64,000 nt of DNA, from positions 3,318,389 through 3,382,388 of the forward strand of contig CM121343.1 of NCBI GenBank assembly GCA_051530055.1, given 5' to 3'. The notes beneath the pieces are model-generated. The model made no database searches, had not been told where the DNA came from, and saw only the letters and a program-made list of their open reading frames with translations. Made by a program: the position numbers and the translations under genes. Within the stretch, counting starts at the first letter, position 1. Each line of letters starts with the position of its first letter. Below are positions 1 to 12,384 of this stretch, piece after piece. The stretch comes from Neoechinorhynchus agilis. Lineage: Eukaryota > Animalia > Acanthocephala.

Positions 1-1311
1 AAAACGGCGCTCCGCTTTTCCCATGTTTTTAAACTTTAGTAATTTAATCTTCTTAGTAACTCTTTCATTTACACACACAGAATGACAAAACGTTTCAACA
101 ATCACCACCGTCCACGAAGAAGAGGCATCGCTCTCCCCTCAATGGTCGCGACCACACTCTCTGCGCTTCCTCTTTGGATCGCAAGACCAAATAAAAAAGA
201 ATAGTATGAAGATTATAATTTATTATTGCCAGCATTGGCTGCTTGCTTAAACGGACACAAATAGCAAACGTTGCCCGTTTGCCAAATCCAACTTGGTAAG
301 TCCATTCTGAACCAAACTTGCTATTTCGAGCGCGCCATGCGCTGGTAACAAGCAATCAAAGAAGCGAGTCTTCGGTGCAGGGAGGTGTGGCGTCCGTGGC
401 GAAAAGAAGAAAGCAAAAAATACATTGAATTGGAATACGACAATGATTTCGGGGCATTCGAAGAACTCGGGGAGTCGACGTTTAAATATGCGACACATTT
501 GACCGTCGAATGAGGGTTGTCCATGTGAATTTAATCTTTGATGCATCCGTTTGCTATTATTGTCATTCTTGAGAAGGTGTTTTAAAAAGAGTTCTAATCG
601 CTTAGATGTCTTTTGACTAATAAAGTTATTACCTCGTTTTAGTGTAATTTTCTGCAAATAGTCGGTACTTTAGTCATTGTTTGAAAATTGAATTATTCAG
701 GTTTGTTTACGGCGGAAAATTTAAAGGAATTTTTTATTAAATCCTATATTTCGGCACAATCTTGGCTTGTTCCCTGCGACGTGAAAATGTGGTGCCAAGA
801 CGGACATCACAGGAACCCAAGGGCTCGATTGATCCAAACCGAACGGCATTCCATCTCTCCTCGAGGCCCGAATACGATTGCTAAGAGCAACTTGTGTCTT
901 GTAGTTTTCAGGAGCCGGTAAGTGGCGAAAAAGAGAGAAATAAAAATGCGTTGATCCGTAAATCTACACTTTTTTAACCTCCTGATGCCGTCGGATCAAG
1001 CGCCGCATAATTTTTTAAGAAAAAGATTGGAAAATGGTTAGTCGCAACAACAAGGGGCAGCCAACTATTTTTTATCATAGATTGAGCGATTCAGAAAAGA
1101 AATGGTGGAAAAAAACGAGTAACTACAAAAATTTTGCGAGATTTCCTCCACGATTGTCAAATAATTCAGGACAAAAAATTTCACAAAACCTTATAATGTC
1201 ACATTTCGTTAAGTATTTGTTCTTTTTTTAATTATTTTAGTAAAGACGATATATAAAAGGGTTTAAAAAGACAAATCCGCTTATTCGCATCTTTGCTTAC
1301 GAGACGAAGAT

Positions 1312-1656
1312 CTACTTTAGCATTTTATCAATTTGGTCGATCATTCCCTTCAAGGCATCCCATTGGGCAACTTTAAGGGATATTCCTTTACGTCCCGGTT
1401 TAAGTTTTCCGTCTGATTTTTCTACATAATACTCTCGAATGTCCACGAGCTTTGAACCTTTGAACTCATTTACGGTAACATACTTATTCTGACCGATAAG
1501 CAATCCGGCAAATTCTTTTGTGTCTTTTGAACGGTTGCTCTTCGTTTCAGCAACGTCGATCTTGGGCCTTTTCTTACTTGGGGAAAGATCATGTGGATCT
1601 ACAATTGCTTCATCGTTCGAAGAATCGATAAACTCCTTGGATTTGATAGTTGGCAT
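1312..1656 (-). CDS. SUB1: Transcriptional coactivator PC4/SUB1 (ssDNA-binding)
   Basis: MPTIKSKEFIDSS N-terminus and PC4 domain IGQNKYVTVNEFKGSKLVDIREYYVEKSDGKLKPGRKGISLKVAQWDALK. ATG at 1656 preferred over the ORF-track start at 1692. Confidence 0.95.
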   Translation of the reverse strand: MPTIKSKEFIDSSNDEAIVDPHDLSPSKKRPKIDVAETKSNRSKDTKEFAGLLIGQNKYVTVNEFKGSKLVDIREYYVEKSDGKLKPGRKGISLKVAQWDALKGMIDQIDKMLK

Positions 1657-2399
1657 TAGAGATCTAAAACCGTAATTTAACAAAAATCCCACTCATTGAG
1701 TGTAAAATATCACCTTCGTGCAATCAAAAATGGAAAACTAAAATGGCTACTTTTGCATTTATAATGAAAGTTCGGCGTTCTTCCGGCTTTGTTTGACCGC
1801 ATTCATCATGTTCAGTCAATCCGAAGCCAACGATAATCATGGAAATCGGACGATGAAGTACTTTATAATGAATTTTCTTTAAAAAATTAGTGATTTCTCA
1901 CACAAAGGCGATCACTCAAACTTTTGAAACTGCAGATAATGCAAAGAGATTGTCATATTCAGCTAACGGATTATCTTAGTCAAAAGAAATCTAAACCTGG
2001 AAGGTAACACGGCAAGCATTCGGGCGACAATTGAGGACGGCTAGGCATTTTTTGCCGGATAAAGTTTTCCTTCAAGATTTTGATAAACAAATTATCCAAC
2101 TTTAAGGACTATTGACGATTTAGAAGTAAATGATTTCTGCCTTTCACCTCAACTTCAGGGCCATCCCAAATACCCTAAAACTACAAGCGAGCGTTTCTTG
2201 GAATTGTCGGTTGTTGGGGTGCCCAAGATCCCTCCAAATTGTTCAACTGATTCTCCGGAATAGTGAATATGGCCTATCCCTCTCCCTACATAAAAAAATG
2301 AACACAGTCCTGTCAAAAAAGGTTGTGTTTAATGGACGATTGGGTGTGAAACCACAGATAGGGTCCCTGAAGGCTTCTACTGCAAAAAGCAAAATAGGA

Positions 2400-3160
2400 A
2401 AGACTCGATCCAGCGGAAAATGATGCCTGATTGGCCTCTTGGACAATAATGGGAGATAAGGAAGTCTAGCTCCGGAATTCGTAAGGATTTAAGAAAGTTC
2501 AACTAACCCAAGTTCGAGAAAAGTTTCATCTTTAAAAATAGTCTCCTGTTTGATCATTTACTAAACGGGTTTCAGGAGATTCGCCTGAGAATGTACGGAG
2601 GCTAATCCTCACAAAATTGTCAGCGTTCTTTGGACAATATCTTGCTGGAAGCATACTTGGCTGCGAATCGAGCAAAAACCATCCTAATCCCAATTACAAA
2701 CACTTCTGAAGCAAGAGCAAAACCTAGAGCTGATATATATTGTCCGATCCGCTACTAAGTGTCAAATTACAACGCATTTAAGGATTCTAGGGATTTCATT
2801 TGCTCATTCTAACAAGCGAGTTATAGCCACAACTTCACTTGGCACATTTAATAAGAAGCTAAAAGCTCTAACCAAACGGATGTACCATCCGGATATTGAT
2901 CATACTAGAACGCTAAGTGCACTCAAAACTCTAATTGGGGAAGTCTGTTTCTTTTCGAGAGGCAGACCTCCAGAAGCGCAATTATCATTTGCTATATGGT
3001 TCATCATGGGGATGCAAAAAATCATTGATATCTACCTTTTGGATCTTACAAGAGATGCTCAATCCTTCCTACAACGGAGTCCCGATCATTTCCACCAATT
3101 ACTGACCAGAAAATTAAATCAACACGATCGTGCGAAAATTGAAAAATTAACGAATTAACG
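2400..3160 (+). pseudogene. Decayed non-LTR retrotransposon reverse-transcriptase relic
   Basis: AKTILIP...YCPI/LLS across a frameshift resembles the LINE RT motif AKTILIPK...YRPISLLS; LRILGISF downstream; many stops. Confidence 0.4.
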
Positions 3161-3460
3161 GATATCTTGTACGAGCTGAGCCGTATTGTTATATTGAGAT
3201 CGTATCATAAGCAACCTGGATCTGGGTGCAGGTAGAAGGAATATCGGATTCAAACGAACTGTCTCTTAGATATCTATTCAGTTTGTTCTATGGAGCACCT
3301 CCACCAAATAAAATAAAGTCAGCGTTTTTGCCGAAGAGGCATAAAACTGCATCCAAGCTTTTTTTGGCATTTTTATTGGTGGCTCAGCCGGTAGTCTTTT
3401 TGATATATATTTTATTATTCCATACACGGCCTAAGGCGAAGTTTGTACATTTCGTAGTGT

Positions 3461-3665
3461 GCTGAGGTGGTCAAGTGGACTAATGCTCCAGATCCAAGTT
3501 AGGGTCAACGGGTTCGAATCCGTTATGACGCACCCGCTTCCCCCGCGAGGTATCTGAGAATCCGGAGGGATGTACAAACTCAGTTACCGTACGGTCTCGG
3601 CACATTGAGCGCAGATCAGCGCTTCCCAGACCGAAATCGATGGACTGCGGATGTCCATTCGGCCG
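3461..3665 (+). mobile_element. tRNA-derived SINE-like element, copy 1
   Basis: A box TGGTCAAGTGG (3468) and B box GGTTCGAATCC (3511) at tRNA spacing; no complementary acceptor stem; body shared with 9790-9975, 35790-36028 and 38640-38855. Confidence 0.75.
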
Positions 3666-4614
3666 TGTTTCCTCCGAAAACAATCTTGATAAAGGCTCTG
3701 GATTGAGCCGTAACATCGATTCAGCAAATTTACATAATTTTTTCGCCACTATACAACAATCATGAGCAGTTTCATTTTTCAAAATAAACTATGCATCCAA
3801 GCTGCTTTGCTTTTATGAAACCGACCGAAAATCCACATGAAAGCAAAGAGGAACAGTGGAGGTGCAAGAACTTTGTAAGACTCCATATTTATTGAAGAAG
3901 CAAATGCTGCGATCTGTATCCAAATGAAAAAAGGACGTCGACTCCATCAAATACCGAATCATTTTACAATATTGAATGGTTTTTGAACATAATCCCGGTT
4001 TAAGATTCCTTTACTATTATGAAATATTACGCGATGAAACCTCGATTCATCAGTTATCTAAAAAGAAAGGATTGTGTAGTAGTTCTTTTTTTTATTTGTT
4101 TGGTCTTGTAAGCTAAGGTTAACATGTACACCATTAGGAAGGTTCGAGCTAGAATTTTAGCGTTTTCTATTGATTTCATTACGTCACTGGCAGGCAATTT
4201 TAAACTGAAGTTCGCTTACAAACTCTTTCTTTTTTAGATGACTAAACAGGCGAGGTTTCCTCGCGAAATATTCCATAATAATCATGGAATCTTGAACCGG
4301 GATAATTTTCACCACCATTCAATATTTACCATAACGAAGGATTTTCTTTTTACAATATTTTTGGTACTTTCAATCCAAATGCCGCGTCGTAAATCAATGC
4401 ACGGCTAATTGGGTCAAATGTAGTAGCCACCACCACTTTCTAAGAAAGATTTTGTCCGTTCATAATCACCCTCCAGAACCCTATGGAATTCTAATGCCAC
4501 GTTGGATCAAATCCTTATAGATTCACATATAGAAATTGGATTTGAGTTCTCTGGCGAGTGCGCCTCTGTCTTGAAACTACGACACCAGTGAGAGCATTAT
4601 TATAAAATTGCTCA

Positions 4615-4875
4615 AAAAGTGAGGAAAGAGGTTAAGCCTCGCGAATTTAAATCCGCAAGGAGCAAACGAGTTGACCCTTCATTACAACCAACTCAAAAAT
4701 AGGTGTTAATGAAAAAGACACTCTGCTGGGAACAACAAAGATTAACCACAATCTGAGACCTCGAGAAAAAGTCAGGAAAGAGGTTAAGCCTCGCGAATTT
4801 AAATCCGCAAGTAGTAACATTTCAACCAGCCCAAAAATCGGTGTTAATAAAAAAGACACTCTGCTGGGAACAACA
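4615..4875. repeat. Imperfect tandem duplication (~140-150 bp)
   Basis: GGAAAGAGGTTAAGCCTCGCGAATTTAAATCCGCAAG and AAAAAGACACTCTGCTGGGAACAACA each occur twice. Confidence 0.85.
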
Positions 4876-5239
4876 TAAAGATGATTAAAAAACCTATTTA
4901 CTGAAAAAAATTAAAGTGTTTTGTTTTAATAAGCGCGTTGACACGGCATTGAAAACGTTTGAAATATAAATGAACGATATTAAAAAAGTTGATGTCGCAT
5001 TGTGGTGATAAGGTAAGACTGTTGCCAGTATTCTTAACGGTTGAACCATTTTTTTATTGTTTTAAAATGCGTCCACAACAAATCTGCGTTGTAATTTGTG
5101 GGATCATGATAGAATTGACTAAAATCAATCATCTTTAATATTTGTACTCTCACATATTGTTAAATAGAATCTTGCAATTGATCTGATGCAACTGTTTGAT
5201 GGTCAACTTTTTTTGTTAAATATGCTCGATAAACTATTT

Positions 5240-5856
5240 TCAGCCATAGGAATTTTATGACAAAGAAGCTCACAGGGAAAGGGTATAAGTTCGAGTGAGC
5301 TTTCTTGACACTAAAGGAGGACTATAACAAACTGTCGGAGAAAATTACAGAATATACTTGTCAGTCTGAAGGCATGGAATTAACCAAACAAAGGTTTATA
5401 GAGCTCTCATCGATGTTGCGTTCGACAGAAGTCCAATTGAATAAAATCCATAAGTTCCACACGCACGAAGGACTGGTAATTGGTGTCAGGCGTGAGTCGG
5501 ATCAAGCTGATGGATTGTTTATTGCGAAATCAGTTCAGGTATATTCATCATATGTCGGATATCGAGTGAGATTTTCCTTACATTTCACGGATAGTCTGAG
5601 TATATTTTTAACGGTTATGAGAGGTAAATTTGATCCTCTCTTGAAGTGGCCGTTTCAGTGCACCATGCAGATATGTTTTATACACAATGATGAAATCGCG
5701 ACTACTTTAACAAAAGAGATCACCTTTGCTACTCAAGGGAATTCTTTTAAGATGCGAAGGATCAGTGAATTGGGGAAAATTAGCATCTTAATGCTCTAGG
5801 TACCATTTTTGCTTAGGTTCGTTGTTTCTGTTGACCTAATGGATTTAGCAAAATGA
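5240..5856 (+). CDS. TRAF-like coiled-coil + MATH domain protein (partial; 5' exons unresolved, C-terminal strands short)
   Basis: VYSSYVGYRVRFSLH...SLSIFLTVMRGKFDPLLKWPFQCTMQI matches the TRAF MATH motif LSLF..LM.GE.D.LL.WPF; short intron at about 5282-5316. Confidence 0.75.
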
Positions 5857-8800
5857 CCGATTTTGCACTTTGACACTAATTGCCACGACTTTTAATCTTT
5901 TAAAAGTTCAGATCGTATAAATTATTTTGATTTGTATCTCAATAATTGCCATTCCGGCGTGAGATCTTTTATATATTTTGTGACACTTAAATTGGACCAT
6001 TTCCTACTCTAGGAAAAAGATTGTAGTTTTGCGGTAACATTGTACGAGATTTTCTTGGCGTTCAGAAAATATTAACAACTTTCTTTTCAAGTAGAAACGT
6101 GTTTTAATCACAATGGAGATTGTGGCATTTCCACAGCAAGAGCATGTCCACATTTCTGTATTTTCGCAGTCAATCTTTTGATCGTTTCTATGAAAATAGA
6201 TTTCTTGACGATTTAATCATTAGTTGAAAATTTTAACAATAATAATGGTGGTGGTGGCAGTCGGCAATCTCGCTACTGTGAGTTGCGCAGCAGCCGTAAC
6301 GGGTAAACCGTTTGTTCCACATAACGTTTGTAGGTACTTTATCTGGAGGAGATAGCGACGATCGTTTGTTTTTCAACCTGAATTACACCATGAAAGGCAG
6401 TATTGCTTGAGCCAATTGTCGCATTTAGAATGACGGCTACATTGTCGTGGACTGTGAAGGGTTTCGTTCATTTTTGGATGTGTGCCTTAATGGATTTTCC
6501 AAATATGTTATATGTACCAGAAAATCGTTTATAATACCCAGTAGCCCATTTCTTTGCAAAGTATCAAACCTTTCTTTATTGTTGATTTCTCCCATCCGGA
6601 CCAAAACATTCAAATGCAGTTGCATGATTAGCAATTTCCAATGAATTTCACGGATAACTGCATTTTTTTGTATAGGTATCGAAGACAACCATCTCCATTT
6701 GGTGGACAATTAGCTGATTTGAAGCCGCGTTTCGTTTTTCAAGAGTGGTCATAAACTTGATTGTGTCGATTGGACTATGCTTTAGCTCTCCTCGGACTTT
6801 GCACTGCATGAAAGGTGTGAACTGGTAGTAAATTGTTAGACTCGTTAAAGATCAAGATTTTAACATTTAAACTGATCCTCGTAGTGAAAGACCAAATTGT
6901 ATGCATAATCAGTGTCTTGGTATAAAGCATTTATGGACGCTACCACAGCTGACGGAAATGCGAGCATTGAGTGATGATTTTTGTATAAAAGTTACCCTAC
7001 TTCCATAAATTGCCTGATTTTTATACGGATTCATTGCTTCTTATGAGAATACAAATAATCTTCTAGGCGGTACATGCGAAATAGTTTTTTTTCTTCGAAG
7101 CAATAACTTAAATGTTTGAATCTTTAAGTTCAGTTAGCCGGGAAACCAATGGCGACAACATCGAGTGCGAGAATTCATACCAAGATTATTACGATTGGAC
7201 CCATCAAAGAGAGTATTGGTTCCGAACGGTAAGTACTTGTTTGTAAATATTTTCAAATCGAATTCGTAATTAAAGAATGACAATATAAAGATACTTTCTA
7301 CTACATTATTCAGGACAGCAACATTACCATCGAGGTTTAAGAGAATGCGAACATTCGTTAGAATAATGAGTTTTTTAAAATCCGCGTGCTGATTAACTGA
7401 GTTCAACGATTGGACAGTGAAGATGCAGAACGTAGACTCGGTTTCTATCTTCTAGCAACGCAATAGCTTTTGGAGAGCACTTTTGTGATTACAATCTCAA
7501 AAACTAGACAGATAACCAAGGATATAAATAATAAGGAATTAACTTAGACGAAAACAGCGGCCACTTAGTGAAAGAAGCGGTTTTTAGCGATGTGCGTGCA
7601 AAGCTTAGGATTAAATTTTCGTTTTAAACGACCACTTCCATGAAAGCAATAACGTAGTTTCTTTATCCGCTACAAGCGATCAAACGCTAGTCTTACAAGC
7701 AGGTGAATTTTAAACCTTTAAAAAGTATCTTTCATATCAGTTCAAATGTAGTAAACACGATTAATCCACGGGCGGTATTGTAAAGCTCCTAAATAGTGTT
7801 TAAATTGTTCCTTGAGAAGATAATATTGAGAAATAAATGAAGTTTAGAAAAATCCTTGTTAGAGTGGATAATAGTCGCGTATGCAATAACAAACGATTTA
7901 AACAATTCGCTGCTAAAACCGTGTAAAAAGTGATTTTAAAGAAAATGTTCTTTTCTTTAATTCATGCTGCAATCAGTAAAATTGTTCCAACCTGGACGAC
8001 TACTTTCTACTTGTGGGGGAATTAAATCGTCGGTACACATAATCCAGAAAGCAGATTCTTAAGAAATTCTCAGGCGCCAAGTGCTGTATTAAAGCCGAAC
8101 ATCGGCGGTGAGGCTGGCTTTTCACGGAGTTTTGAAGAACAAACCCGAGGAATTATAGTGTTCATGATCTTTAAATTTACTCAATTGCAAAGAAAATAAA
8201 AACCCACTGCCTAAATGGCACTTTGAAGTTTTCGAAAATTGGTATCGTCAGCCATAAAAACTTTCTATTTAGAGCGATAAAGCACAACTGGACACTAATC
8301 AAATCGTTTATAGTTTAACTCCTGACAAAACTACCCGTGACTTGGTGTCGAAATGTATGGCAAAGGCTGATAGGTTCCTTGAGGATTTAAACAATTGCGC
8401 CCTTTTTAAGCGAAAATTTCATCTTATCCACCAGTGCAATCACGAAGGAGCAGAGAAATGTGGTTCTGAATGGGCGATGGTAATTTAGACCACGGATAAA
8501 TTCGTTATTCTATTTAAGAACTAACTCAGAGAAGTCAATTTTTGACTGTCAATGTACTGGAAGTTTCTAAGGTTTTAAATGCCAACAATGAAATTAACGT
8601 TTACATTTAATTTAACTTGACATGTACGACCCAGGTATAGTTGATTTATTTGCCTAGCTTTCGTCGTTTTACGGCTTCAAATGGGCAATTGCTTGTAAGT
8701 TTTTAAATGTGTAGCGTTTAATCGAGATGGTTCCTATTTTTGCTTTTTATTGTGCAGTTTTCTTTTTTCTGTGCCGTCTGATGAACTGGAGATAAAACGG

Positions 8801-9201
8801 GGTACTTATAAACACCATTAACGACATGGAGGATTGTATCGTTCTCCACTTTTATGGTAAACAAAAAAATAAGCCTATACGCGAAATCAGAGCACTGGAT
8901 AAAATTTCATAAATGCTCCTCTAAAAGTCTCTTCATCATTTGTTACATTGTCAGCTGATTTTCTTGACCGCATGTGTATATTTCTCTTTCATTGATGTGA
9001 ATTATTTTAGCACTTGCGGCAGTCGGAGAAATTTTATCTTTGACATCAGGAAGTGCAGATACGAACGAAATCCGTTCTAAAAAATGTTACTGTGAGCAAA
9101 CGTGACGTCACTTTTCGACACGAAAGAAAGGTGGTTTTTTATAAATTGTCGCGCTTGTTGGAATCGGGCGTGTACTTTTTACGTGGTCATTTTTCAGGAG
9201 G

Positions 9202-11951
9202 ATGCGGAACAATATTCAATTGCCGCTTGTGGGGGTGACTGGTGTTGCCGTTGTGTGTGCTTCGTTTTATCTCATTTATCGGTATAAGGAAAAATTGAGA
9301 TTGCAAGCTAAAGAGATTCTTCAGGTATGTTCGTTGTCGATGGTTGCAAATAATAACCATTTACAGGATGGCAATGATAACGATGCTGATCAAGATATTG
9401 TGGCTAAAGCAAAACTTCGAGGAAACGCTTATTACCGTGAAAACCGATTCGAAGATGCAATCGCTGAGTATAAAAAATCACTATCGATTCTGGAAACGTT
9501 TGGACCTTTAAACGATTCAGATAGTCAAATGAAAGCCATCCTGTATACAAATTTAGCTTCGTCTTATGAGAATCTATGCGACTATCAGTCAGCAATCGAT
9601 TGTTGTACAAAAGCAACGGATATCAAACCGATGTACGCAAAAGGACATTTCAGGCTGGGGTCGATTCACGCAAAGTTAGACGATCTTCCGAATGCCATTG
9701 AACATTATGCGACTGCTCTATCGGTACTTTTTGTATTTTTAATTTACCTGCAAGAATTTGTACACGCAAATCATTCTTTAAGATTTTTAACATTTTTATG
9801 GGCGGCTCAGCCATTAATCTTTTTGATAGATATTTTATTATTGCCGATTGGACACACAGTCCACCGATTCATTGGTCCGGGAAGCGCTGGTCTGTGCTCA
9901 ATGCCCCAAGACCGGACGGATATAAGTTTGTACATTCCTCCAGATTCTCAGATACCAGTGAGTTTCCTTCCTTTAAAGTTACCCGATTTGTTAGATCATC
10001 ATCGGACCGGGCGTACAAAACGAAGATGTTCTCTTTCAGTGATGTGCAATTTATGACGAAGGTTATCTGTAAAAATCCAAAAATAATATAATAACACGTT
10101 ATATTAATTTTGAGTTTAAGAAATTAGACTCATGTACCTTTGGGTCTTCATAAACACGCAGTTTTTCCGTTGTTTGGTATGTCCGTTTTGGTGGGAATTG
10201 GCGGATATTGTTTACATGATACCCGAGAGAAGATTGGGCAGCATTTAGACCGGACGAGCCGCTTATTCTAATCAAATTTTAAAATACGTAATATATGGCT
10301 ACAAAAAGATCGCGTCCCGCTGTGGTCGGACTAAGCGGGAAATCGACTGTATGATAGTAAAAAAACGTTTTGAATACTAAAGTACCGGCTTAACGCTGAA
10401 CCCTGGCTGGATACCCGGTTTAATTAATCAAGTTGATATGCTCATTGGTAAGCTAGGCAATAAATTTGCGGAGGAAGAGATAAAGAAAGTAAAACCTATG
10501 GTGCCGACGAATAACCATTTACGACAGTCCCTGATAAGAGAAATGTTTTCCGACGACATATTTGCTTCCGATTTTATAGACAAATTTGTTGGGTGTGATT
10601 TACCGACTGTCCGCAAAATTATCGCTTCAATTCGGAACGACGAGCTAAATTTTGCTTTAGAACAAGTAAAATTGCTTCAGTTGAATTATTCTGAAAAGCC
10701 ACTGAGTAATGACGAGCTCTTGATACTTCTGATAAAATCTACGATCCACCTATTTTTCGCTAAGTTTGGTTATGCCTTATTGGATTTAAATGTGATTATA
10801 GATCATTTGGCTGAACGTGAGCTAAATTCAATTGAAAAGAAGCTCTTGTTGGCTGCTTATGTTCGACGTTCCTACGTTCATACAAATAATGGCAATATTG
10901 AAACGGCATTAATCGATACTGATAAAGCGATTGCAATCGATCCCGAAAGGCCTTATACGCATTGCTACAAAGGACAACTAAGTATTATATATCGAAATTA
11001 TGAGGGCGCGTGTACGTGTTTGGAGTAGTGATTCGTATCACAGAGTTGTTCTAAACGCCTTTTTATCCAATTTGGGATCCGTGAGCCCCGGCGCTGGACT
11101 AATATTCAGATTTCTGGTACATTAACGATACGAATCATTACAATGAAAAGTACTCTCGATCTATTTGGCGATAAAGTAAATGACGATACAAGAAAAAAGA
11201 TACAAATCCAATGTATCGTAGCAAGTCTTTACGCCTTACTCAGCCGTGGGGCCAACAACGAAGCAGAACTGGTCGACCTCGCACGCAAAGCATACGACGG
11301 GATAACGGAAATGGAAAAAATAGTTTACACGGGTACTTGGTCATCAAGTTACATAGAAATTCTCATGGAAATCGCCCAAATTTTGCACGACGTGGGGTCT
11401 TTTGATGCCGCTTATGAATATCTACAAAGAACACTGAAACAATGCAACGATCAGGAGATATCATTTGTATATCCGCAAATCGCGTAAGCGTGTAAATATA
11501 CCATTGTAAGGGCTACACCTCCTTCATCTTAGGGTGATTATTGTTGAGTGGTCCAATGAACCAGCCTTCCAACATCGCAGAAAGGAAATGCAAAATGAAG
11601 CCGAATCGTTGCTGCTAAAAACTAAAGAATTGAATCGTGGAACGGATGCCGTCTATCATTTCCTAGCAGGCTTCGAATATAAGCGGTAATCAACACTATT
11701 CCAGCTTTCTGATCTTATTTGCCATAAATAGGCTCAATCTTCAACGTGCCAAAGAACACATAGAAGATGCATTGCGGGTAGAAAAAGGAATCGGTGAAAC
11801 GGATACAATCCTCAGTTTTAAAATTGCAATGGAAACCGCCATTAGAGTCAGGCAGAAACTGAATATACCCGCGAATGAACCAGTAATCGAATTCTCTACT
11901 TATTTATCAAATCTGTCACTAATATTCGCTCCGAAATTTCAATCGACGTGA
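9202..11951 (+). CDS. TOMM70: Mitochondrial import receptor TOM70 (multi-exon)
   Basis: N-terminal TM anchor; TPR clamp AKLRGNAYYRENRFEDAI...LYTNLASSYE...CTKATDIKPMYAKGHFR; KLGNKFAEEEIKKVKPMVPT...FSDDIF; C-terminal TPRs AVYHFLAGFEYKR|LNLQRAKEHIEDALRVEK. Several short GT-AG introns; the junction after YATALS is unresolved. Confidence 0.85.
9790..9975 (-). mobile_element. SINE-like family body in a TOM70 intron
   Basis: 9846-9975 is the reverse complement of about 3550-3665 (GGGAAGCGCTG.TCTG.GCTCAATG...AGTTTGTACAT); 9790-9845 matches 3365-3420. Confidence 0.7.
10088..10220 (+). mobile_element. Copy of the AACACG...GGACCC/TGGGTC element terminus
   Basis: Shares its terminus with 15585, 16225(-), 16495, 33495 and 59280, and shares GTCCGTT.TGGTGGGAATT.GCGGATATTGTTT with 16050-16090(-). 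Confidence 0.65.
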
Positions 11952-12384
11952 GAAAAAAATTGTTTTTCCAGTGCATTTAAAGGGAACCAAAAAAATAGTC
12001 GATTTTCGTGCTTATAAGCGATTTATGACTCAAAAAAAGCAAAACAACAAGAGCATCGGGTAAAAATGCGATATAGATCAAATGGATAACGTGAATCGAA
12101 ACGTTTCTTTTTTTAGCAACGGAAATTAGCATTTAAACGAACACAAGGGTCGTGTGTTGTGATGTAGAGACGACGATACCCTTTGTCCATTACAGCGATC
12201 ACATCAATGCCGATGAAAATTTTTGAATGCAAGAATGATCCGAGAAAGATGGTCTTTTTCGCGTTTACAAAGAAGGCGTTCACTTTCCAAACTTCTCTGA
12301 ATCATAATCGAATCGAGTGAGTTTTAAGCGCTGTGTGTGTGCGTGAGGCGATATCAAAGTGCCTATAAGGTTGATATTTTCATA

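Noticed and set aside
95-657. Minus-strand ORFs; KCVAYLNVD resembles M28 peptidase/PSMA motifs
   Set aside because: Isolated short match with no neighbouring motifs in the right order. There may be a gene here, but no product can be supported.
3461-3535. Functional tRNA gene
   Set aside because: The acceptor stem cannot pair and the head continues into a shared repeat body, so it is treated as a SINE.
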